Shown here in pieces: positions 1-6,520 of a stretch of DNA of 6,549 nt. The stretch is from contig JADGIF010000573.1 in the NCBI GenBank assembly GCA_018985225.1, positions 1 to 6,549 on the forward strand, written 5' to 3'. The notes under the pieces are model-generated. The model saw only the letters and a list, made by a program, of their open reading frames with translations, was not told the DNA's origin and did not search any database. The stretch's first letter is position 1; the number at the start of each line of letters is the position of its first letter. Source of the stretch: Amoeboradix gromovi X-113 (taxonomy: Eukaryota; Fungi; Sanchytriomycota). The position numbers and the translations under genes were made by a program.

Positions 1-43
1 TATTTGAAATCATAAAGTCAATAGTTACCGTACAAATCTAAAA

Positions 44-93
44 TAAAGACTGGATGAAAGGGCAAAAGAATAGCTATACAGACTGTTTATTAT
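44..93. repeat. Dispersed ~50-bp repeat, inverted copy of 2580-2629
   Basis: Manual ungapped alignment of 44-93 (taaagactggatgaaagggcaaaagaatagctatacagactgtttattat) to the reverse complement of 2580-2629 (taaagattggatgaaagagtaagagaatagcagtacagagtatttatttt) gives 41/50 identities. Weaker similarity may extend toward position 1 and ~2655. Confidence 0.75.
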
Positions 94-116
94 TGAATTT
101 GGATACATTTTGTTTT

Positions 117-175
117 GTCTAGTTTTCATAACATGTGGGACATGCTCTACAAAAACTAGACTAGGTGTAAAAGGA
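117..175 (-). repeat. Diverged third copy of the element 3'-end motif; imperfect palindrome/hairpin
   Basis: Arms gtctagtttt (117-126) and aaaactagac (152-161) are perfect reverse complements, with an inner catgt-ggg-acatg hairpin (132-144). The minus strand reads ...tagtctagttttt...tgtccca...tgaaaact, matching tagtctagttttt...tgtccca...tgaaaact on the minus strand at ~6443-6395 and tagtctagttttt at 2903-2915. Confidence 0.55.
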
Positions 176-680
176 GATGACAAAAGAAAAAACAGACATT
201 AAATTTTGTAAAATAAATCATTTATTAAGAATTTGTAAGTATTTTTATATAATTGTATGACTTTTCTAGACTCTTCCAATAGTTTAAATACTCGATATTC
301 TTCATTTTCGCAAATGGTAAATCAAATCTAAAGAAATAACTAACAGGTACAATATACATTCATCAACGTTAAGGAACTGGCCCAGACATAGAACTGTTAA
401 GCGTCTTTTAGCTCATCCTCAAAAGGTATCAATGATAAAAATAAACCTGCAAACCATTTATTTAATAATTCGTATGGTGACTAGGCAGAGCCACCGTATG
501 TCATTGGTCTTGCTGGCAGTAAGGAATATACATCAAGCCTTCAATGGATGATACCAATATAAATGAGCGAGAGACTTTTAATGGACACTTAAAGTAATAA
601 TTTTTTAGAGCATATGTATTAAATATGATAAGTGTCTACTCGATTAGTTACGAAAATAAGTTTGTGAGGATTTACTTAAG

Positions 681-1658
681 TCATTTATTAAAATAAGTAA
701 CGCGCATATCGTCATAATTAGATTGCTGGTATACATTGGTTTTTGGCCCTTCTCCGCTGTCCTGTGACTTGTAGGAATTTGTGTTGACTTGAGGTCTAGA
801 TAATAAAGCATTCTTTTTAATTTGCAACGTATTCGCAGCATTCTCTTCAGACACATATTCAGATACATAGTAGTTGTTATTTCTACTGTAATAGCTGGAG
901 TATTCAGTGTCCGTGTTTTCTTTTGCAGTCAAAGATTCGTTGCATTCAGAAAACGGAACAGAGTGCCTACGTCTTCTAAGGAAAATGCAAAACATAATTC
1001 CAAGAAGGGCTGAAAAACACCCAAGTGCTAGCAAAACAATTGCATAAGTAGGAAACGGACCAGCATTAGATTCAACGGAATTTGTACCACTTGTTTCCAG
1101 TTCCAACTTATCATATGGTTTGCCACATATTTTAATAATGTTGGCTTCTGCAACTTTAATTGCTGATGAACTAGGCATGTAACCCTTATACTCTGGGTTA
1201 GACTTCAGGTAATCATAATTGTTAATCATATTTTCCATAGATAAACGAGTGCAAGCATCGCATGATATTATTCCACTCCCACCTTTTATTAGGAACGTCT
1301 CATCGAGTCCCTTCTCTTTCAACATTTTTAATCTCTCTAAAAGACAAATTTTGCTTGGGTCATTTGGATCTTTAATACAACTTCCTTCCCAATATTTCAG
1401 AACAATATCTCCATTTGAATTAGTGTTCTTTGTTATGCATGCTGCCAGTTCTTTTTTAGCCTCATGACAGCTTTCACTGCAATAACCCTCAATTGCTTCT
1501 GTTTTAGATGTTGAAGAGCAACTCTGATCATTATATTCGTAATCCAGAGTCAAATCGCAGGTGACATTGGAAACCGAGAAAGTAGAATTAAATACCAAGT
1601 ACCCTGGCGAAGATCTTAAGTAGAAATATAAATAATTTTTACCTGAAATCTGAGACAT
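681..1658 (-). CDS. Hypothetical single-pass (type I-like) membrane protein with Cys-rich ectodomain and low-complexity Ser/Asn/Tyr-rich cytoplasmic tail
   Basis: 325-aa ATG-initiated ORF. Ten Cys lie in the N-terminal region (e.g. CSESC, SCDAC). A hydrophobic segment (YAIVLLALGCFSALLGIMFCIFL) is followed by an RRRR stop-transfer. No clear signal peptide, so the 5' end is uncertain. Confidence 0.75.
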   Translation of the reverse strand: MSQISGKNYLYFYLRSSPGYLVFNSTFSVSNVTCDLTLDYEYNDQSCSSTSKTEAIEGYCSESCHEAKKELAACITKNTNSNGDIVLKYWEGSCIKDPNDPSKICLLERLKMLKEKGLDETFLIKGGSGIISCDACTRLSMENMINNYDYLKSNPEYKGYMPSSSAIKVAEANIIKICGKPYDKLELETSGTNSVESNAGPFPTYAIVLLALGCFSALLGIMFCIFLRRRRHSVPFSECNESLTAKENTDTEYSSYYSRNNNYYVSEYVSEENAANTLQIKKNALLSRPQVNTNSYKSQDSGEGPKTNVYQQSNYDDMRVTYFNK

Positions 1659-1684
1659 AAAAACGGTATTAAGGAGGTGGCGTT

Positions 1685-1783
1685 TTCTAATTAGAACAAG
1701 CGCACCTAGATTGCAGAGCTGAAATTAAAAATCATGGTCTCTTTTCAGCTACTGCCTTGCCAGGCATAGAATTCATGCGCTTG
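1685..1783 (-). ncRNA. Candidate structured ncRNA (putative Fanzor omega/fRNA scaffold)
   Basis: Nested stems: caagcgca 1697-1704 / tgcgcttg 1776-1783 (8 bp); agctgaaa 1717-1724 / tttcagct 1743-1750 (8 bp, extendable by gcag/ctgc across one bulge); tgcct 1753-1757 / aggca 1762-1766; and a 12-bp palindrome ttctaattagaa at 1685-1696. It lies ~85 nt downstream of a Fanzor-like C-terminal remnant on the same strand. Confidence 0.5.
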
Positions 1784-1868
1784 CAATAATGGTTGGCTAC
1801 GTCAATATCCCAAACTGCTTAATTTTACGTTCTTTCTTTGGTGAAAATAGGCATAAGTTCGGCTTCTC

Positions 1869-2010
1869 TCATGATTCACGTTGGAATACTATAAGTCGTG
1901 GTTCTTGTTTATGCTTATCCTTTATGGCCACTCCATTGTGCACAATATTTCTCGCTACGGTGTTTCTCTAAGATAAGATTACTTATACAAAATCTGGTAG
2001 TATTTTTTGT
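1869..2010 (-). pseudogene. Possible C-terminal remnant of a second Fanzor1/TnpB-like nuclease
   Basis: Minus strand 1967-1869 translates to RNTVARNIVHNGVAIKDKHKQEPRLIVFQRES*. This resembles the Fanzor1 C-terminal pattern RDxNAAxNI...G...RPxxFxR. An upstream frame gives KKYYQILYK*SYLRE, joined by a 1-nt frameshift. The match is short and degenerate. Confidence 0.4.
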
Positions 2011-2057
2011 ACTACTGGGAACTGCACTAACCGCACCAGTCCATATATCGGTCTGTT

Positions 2058-2120
2058 TTAATCAGGGTAGAAGATTATTTACCAGGGAAAACCAAAACTG
2101 ACTCAAAGTTAATCAGGGTA
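2058..2120. repeat. Cluster of three short direct repeats (tta[a/c]..cagggwa)
   Basis: ttaatcagggta occurs exactly at 2058-2069 and 2109-2120, with the variant tttaccagggaaa at 2078-2090. Confidence 0.55.
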
Positions 2121-2439
2121 AAATCTGAGACTACGACGAGGAACTTCAAGTTTTAAAAAGAAAGAGCTTTTAAAATCATTCAGCGATTCCGTAAGAGTCC
2201 CAGCTTTCAAATCACCTTCAAGTTAACCCATTGGGCCTTTCTTACCAAGTAAAATTTCTCATTCTTCTATGATAGTTAACGTATATCTGCTTGGACCTTA
2301 AAGTCTTTGAATCTTTTAGTCTCTAAAGCGTTTGAATTAATAGTTTTACCTGAATAGGAAAATTGAAAGGGTAGATCACTAATGTTGTCATAAGTGTATA
2401 GATTGATTCTTTGACTTTCATCTCCATGTACGTTTTTTT

Positions 2440-2910
2440 ATTGATTGGCATCCATAAGGGACATCAAATGTAAAAACTGGACTAACTTTCTGTAACAACT
2501 TGGAACATTATTTCAGCTTTATTAATTTTATGGATTTAAGAGGCGAGTGGACATTCAGCTAGTTGACGAGTATGAAAGGAAAATAAATACTCTGTACTGC
2601 TATTCTCTTACTCTTTCATCCAATCTTTACTTCAAATAAAATATCACTATTACACTTCAAAGAAATAGATAAGAGTAATGATGCTAGTACAAGATTACAA
2701 AATGACTCTAGAAAAGAGTACCGTCCAAGAAAATGCACCTTTTGCTCAGATGCTCAAAGACCTCATATATTTGAACGAGATGCACGGTCTTCTACTATTA
2801 TTTTGAAGAGGGGATTGAAAGTGATGAAAGAATATTGGTATAATAGAAGATCTTTTATTAATGATAGCATTTCCTGCGTATGGAGCACCTTTAAAAACGA
2901 TTTAGTCTAG
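2440..2910 (+). pseudogene. Degenerate Fanzor (eukaryotic TnpB-like RuvC) nuclease, C-terminal half
   Basis: Manual translation gives three segments: 2440-2538 IDWHP*GTSNVKTGLTFCNNLEHYFSFINFMDL; after a frameshift, 2538-2573 KRRVDIQLVDEY; and a stop-free frame 2587-2910 ending ...RKEYRPRKCTFCSDAQRPHIFERDARSSTIILKRGLKVMKEYWYNRRSFIND.... The order (G)DW, VDEY, CxxC (2734-2745), RD (2776-2781), IL..G matches the Fanzor/TnpB RuvC-II, zinc-finger, RuvC-III layout. A stop codon and frameshifts indicate decay. Confidence 0.65.
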
Positions 2911-2941
2911 TTTTTATATTTGGTGTTCCAAGTGTTACTTG
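2824..2941 (+). ncRNA. Candidate omega/fRNA scaffold and element right end overlapping the Fanzor 3' end
   Basis: Nearly identical to the reverse complement of ~6413-6520 (6 mismatches and 2 small indels over ~105 aligned nt). Contains hairpin taatagaaga/tcttttatta (2841-2860, one G-U pair) and a long stem cacc..taaaaac/gttttta..ggtg (2886-2925). Confidence 0.5.
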
Positions 2942-2999
2942 TGAACAATTGTAATACCCCAATCGCATAAAAGCATAGCTAGCATCCAATTCATATTCA

Positions 3000-4043
3000 A
3001 TGTTCCTTTTAATATTTATTTTAGTAAATACCTCTTACGCAATGTCTATAGAAATTAATGATCTCAATCCAACGAATGGAATCTCAATGCGTGTCCCAGA
3101 TCAGCTAGATAACCTTTTTGCTAATAAAGAAGTGTCAACCAGTTTTGTGCTAGACCTCTTTAATAAGTACGTTGCTGATGGTTTTCCTTCTAAAGATGAT
3201 ATTGCTAAGCTGCCTCTCATAGATCGATTTTTTATCATCGCACATTTGTCTTCAGAATACGAAATTCATCCCATGCCAGACAAACTAATTGAATTCTTGT
3301 ATAATCTCTGGTGTTCATTAACTAAATACATTATGTCCAACAAGAAAAACTCATCGAATTTGTTGGACGAATTTGCAAAGAAATGGGCTTCAAACTTTCC
3401 GATTCCTTTGAAAGGTGCAAAAGGACCACTATTCCAAGGGTATATTTTCGCTGAGACTGAAGGAAATCGGAACTCTGAGCCTCCAAAAACCAACTATAAA
3501 AACGATATTACTAATAGTGACTTATGGTTTTTCCGCTCATATTTAAATGTCGACGATAAACAGGGATCATTCAGTTATGCCGGTATAATTACCAACTCTC
3601 AGTCTAAAACTGCCATAGCTTGGTTAGAGGAGGAGCAAAATGGCATTTTTGTTAGAACTAAATTGGCGTTGAAAGGTGATTGTTATGCTGACAGTGATAC
3701 TTTGCGTAAAGTAAATTTTCAGACAAAGTTTGAAGTTTTGTACTATCTTATAAAGGCATCTGAACTAGGAGGCATACTTGAAGATTGTCTCAATTTGTGT
3801 GAGAATATTTGGGAAAATATTAAAAGCGATTCATATAGTGGCACCATTGTTAGACATCATTTAACAACCGATTTACTACCGCAGATGCAAAATTACTTTG
3901 ATGTTGCTTATAATCCTAGTAAACGTTTTTTTTCCAGATTAGAGATATCGGACTCTGAAAACAACAAAGCTGTAATGGAATACGATCGAAATAAAGAACT
4001 TATGGTTGTTGCTCTAAAAAATAAGATGTTGGCTTTTGCCTGA
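3000..4043 (+). CDS. Secreted hypothetical protein (signal peptide), unknown family
   Basis: 347-aa intronless ATG-TGA ORF. The N-terminus MFLLIFILVNTSYA|MS looks like a short signal peptide with an S-x-A cleavage site. No recognisable domain motif. Confidence 0.8.
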   Translation: MFLLIFILVNTSYAMSIEINDLNPTNGISMRVPDQLDNLFANKEVSTSFVLDLFNKYVADGFPSKDDIAKLPLIDRFFIIAHLSSEYEIHPMPDKLIEFLYNLWCSLTKYIMSNKKNSSNLLDEFAKKWASNFPIPLKGAKGPLFQGYIFAETEGNRNSEPPKTNYKNDITNSDLWFFRSYLNVDDKQGSFSYAGIITNSQSKTAIAWLEEEQNGIFVRTKLALKGDCYADSDTLRKVNFQTKFEVLYYLIKASELGGILEDCLNLCENIWENIKSDSYSGTIVRHHLTTDLLPQMQNYFDVAYNPSKRFFSRLEISDSENNKAVMEYDRNKELMVVALKNKMLAFA

Positions 4044-4080
4044 ACAGAAAACTGGACTGCGACCACTTAAATAAATTCAT

Positions 4081-5494
4081 TTATTTGTAATTCCTCATTA
4101 GTCCCATGTGAAACTTCTTGATACTTGCAATAAATCCGTCAAATTCTTCCTCAGCAGGTAGAAATGTTGCTCTAAAATGGAATGATCCTTCTGCTTGCCC
4201 AAATCCACAACCCGGTACTACACACACGCCGGTGTTCTCTAACAACTCTAAGCAATATAGGGTGTCAGGCTCTTTCTTCAGTTTCTTTGCTCTCTCGATA
4301 AATTTTGTTGGTAGTGTCAATTGAGCAAATATATACATTGCTCCTTCTGCCGGGTTACAGTGGATCCCTGGCAATTCATTCAACGTGTCCACTAATTTAA
4401 ATGCTCTTCGTTTTAACGATTCTAAGTTAAAGCAAATTACCGTAAATATCTGTTGTCTCTTTCTGATAAAGTTCATATGAAGGATCATTCGGCTTAGGTG
4501 GATCTACCATTAGATCTACACCAATTTGACCCATTATGTTACTACAGAGATTAATTGAAGAAAGCTTGTAAAGCTGATCTAGAACTTCATTGTCTATGTT
4601 TACAGCTTCCATGTAGCCACCTCGTCTACCGCACTCGCCGATAACTCCCTTCGATGTGCTGTGAAAGGAAAATAATTCTACTTCCTTGCTAAACTCTGGC
4701 ATTTCTGCTAGGACCTTTTTAAATGAGTACCACGGTTTATCAGAGTAAACGTTTGTTTGGTAAACCTCATCAGCCATCAGCACTAGACCGTTTTTATGAC
4801 AAAATCTAATTATTGCTTTCATAGAATCTAAAGACATAACATTACCAATTGGATTCCCAGGGTTAATTACACAGATAGAGCGAATTTCTACGCCTTCTGA
4901 TTTAGCATTCTGAAGCGAAGATTCTATTTCGCTCATGTTTATGTCCCAGCCTCCATTTTCAGTCATGTGATATTCTACTATTTTACCGCCGTTCAAGGTA
5001 ATTGCAGCAGAATACAAGGGATATTGAGGGATAGGAATCATTATACCGACTTTTTCATGTTGAATTAACAATTTAAGTACCATCTGAACAGCAGGCGAGG
5101 CACCATCTGTCAAAAAGATGTCATGAAAATTTGATGGTTGGCTGTCTCTGTTCTCAATGAATTTGGACACTTTTTCACGAATATATGGTATTCCTTTGGA
5201 GTTGGAGTAAGAACCAACCGAAGTGCAGGCATTTAAAATTTCAGAAGCTCGATTTTTAACATCGACTGGTAAATCTTGGTTCAAAAGCTCTGGGTAATCA
5301 ACAGCAGCACTTACTTGCCTAATGAAAGTAATGGGTTTCTGATTCAAGGCTTGAGGATTTCCAATATTGCACTGAATTACTTTTTCACCTCTTTTCTCCA
5401 TGCCTTCTGCTTTGATTGCCAATTCACCTCGAACGGCGTACTGAGCGTCTTTAATGGCACTGCTAATGGATGACAAAGTCAGTACTCGTTTCAT
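4081..5494 (-). CDS. ALT1: Alanine aminotransferase (PLP-dependent class I/II), two exons 5494-4441 and 4421-4081, 464 aa
   Basis: Family motifs YAVRG, NIGNP, TDGAS, PQYPLY, INPGNP, ADEVYQ and SFHSTSKGVIGECGRRGGY (PLP lysine) are present, plus VVPGCGFGQ..HFR.T.LP in the second ORF. Removing the 19-nt GT-AG intron joins the two ORFs in frame as ...KETTDIY-E-SLKRRAFKL.... Confidence 0.95.
4422..4440 (-). other. 19-nt spliceosomal micro-intron (phase 1)
   Basis: The minus-strand sequence gtaatttgctttaacttag has a GTAA donor, a TTAAC branch-like motif, a TAG acceptor and the exon-1 in-frame stop. Its removal restores the ALT reading frame. Confidence 0.85.
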
Positions 5495-5730
5495 TAGGAG
5501 TTAAGTGGTGAGACTTGATTCTTTCATAATGTTTATACGATCTACTAAGTAATAATATACCATACTGTGTTCATGATTACTGTTGCATATGTTACAAGCA
5601 AAATTTAGATATCCCATTCATGTGGCGGTGAAATAAATGGTGTAACAAGCTTTCTTCCCAGTGTTCATATCTGATTAAAACTCAGTGGTACCCATAGTTG
5701 AACTGCGTTATCTCTATTTAAAAAAATTTA

Positions 5731-6315
5731 TTAACTGCATTTTCCGGACTTTTGCGTATACTCCACATACTGATCAATCAGTAGGGGCCAGCTTGATGAT
5801 TCTAGATCAAATTTAGATAGATCTTTTATATCCAAAAAGTCCAAGTACAAATTCCAAGTGTCTTTAGATATGACTTTAATCTTCTTTTCTTTGATGTTAA
5901 TAAACTTCAAAAAATCTTCATGTCTTGCTTTTTTATCGCTCGATAAATACTGGAATAATAGCTCCCAAAGAGCAATACTGGTCTCCAGACTCATGCTTCT
6001 GTTACCCTCTTCCTTCCCAAACGAAAACGTGAACAAATAGACCGATTTAAAAAAAGAAAAATCTTTTAATTTGTCTCTAATTGTGGGTATTGCCTTTTTA
6101 AATTCTGATAAATTAGATATCTTCAAGGAATGGCAACCTCTGAGAAATTCAGACCTAGGCAATTGGCACATCTGTTTGCTTCCTAACAAGTACGATAACG
6201 GTAGCCATACTACATCCAATACATCTATGTCTAGATCTGCTGAAAGCTTTTCTATACCTTCTACAGTTATCATGTCTTTTCTGTCAGTTGTATATTTGTT
6301 GAATATTTTCTCCAT
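5731..6315 (-). CDS. DCN1: DCN1-like protein (defective in cullin neddylation, PONY/DUF298 domain), no N-terminal UBA
   Basis: Motifs IFNKY..I.VEGIEKL..DL.ID, EFLRG, FKSVYLFTFSFGKEEGNRSMSLETSIALWELL, ISKDTWN and SWPLLIDQYVEY are typical of the PONY domain. The first ATG is at 6315; the ORF track start at 6327 is TTG, with an in-frame stop just upstream. Confidence 0.9.
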   Translation of the reverse strand: MEKIFNKYTTDRKDMITVEGIEKLSADLDIDVLDVVWLPLSYLLGSKQMCQLPRSEFLRGCHSLKISNLSEFKKAIPTIRDKLKDFSFFKSVYLFTFSFGKEEGNRSMSLETSIALWELLFQYLSSDKKARHEDFLKFINIKEKKIKVISKDTWNLYLDFLDIKDLSKFDLESSSWPLLIDQYVEYTQKSGKCS

Positions 6316-6400
6316 TGTAAATTTCAAGTTTCAAAAACAGCTACTTTTAAAATTACATGGGGATCAACGATGAAGCGCATCTACTGACTAAGAGAGTTTT

Positions 6401-6520
6401 CAAGTAGATTAGACATGGGACACCAAATATAAAAACTAGACTAACTCGTGTTTAAAGGTGCTCCATACGGAGGAAATCATTAATAAAAGATCTTCTTCTA
6501 TTATACCAATTTTCTTTCAT
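6401..6520 (-). ncRNA. Candidate omega/fRNA scaffold and element right end (sister copy of 2824-2941)
   Basis: Inverted near-identical copy of 2824-2933. Minus-strand hairpins are taatagaaga-aga-tcttttatta, ctcc-gtat-ggag and cacc...ggtg. Similarity to copy 1 decays at ~6412-6401. Confidence 0.5.

Noticed and set aside
44-93. TAA/TAG read as Gln (alternative genetic code), suggested by *RLDERAKE*LYRLF in the repeat
   Set aside because: ALT and DCN1 end in TAA at the expected positions, and the long ORFs have no internal TAA/TAG, so the standard code applies.
340-600. Protein-like fragments on the plus strand
   Set aside because: They are interrupted by stops or lack a convincing start and I recognise no family, so they cannot be supported.
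644-1467. Short ORFs 644-868, 822-1013 and 1219-1467
   Set aside because: They overlap or are antisense to the 325-aa gene and have no recognisable features.
1789-2101. Plus-strand ORFs 1789-1971 and 1898-2101
   Set aside because: They are short with no motifs. The first is largely the antisense shadow of the minus-strand remnant, and the second has a GTG start.
1646-2131. 11-bp direct repeat aaatctgagac (1646-1656, 2121-2131) as a target-site duplication
   Set aside because: 11-mer matches are expected by chance in 6.5 kb of AT-rich DNA, there are no TIRs inside, and joining the flanks did not give a convincing restored ORF.
4081-5494. ALT as a frameshifted pseudogene or two separate genes
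   Set aside because: A canonical GT-AG 19-nt intron explains the frame change and gives a full-length protein.
5500-5700. Small minus-strand frame with CNIC (CxxC) between ALT and DCN1
   Set aside because: It is under 40 codons, has no other motif and shows no similarity to the Fanzor relics.
3266-6373. Short ORFs 3266-3493, 4118-4324, 5276-5473, 5858-6040 and 6071-6373
   Set aside because: They are antisense shadows of well-supported genes.
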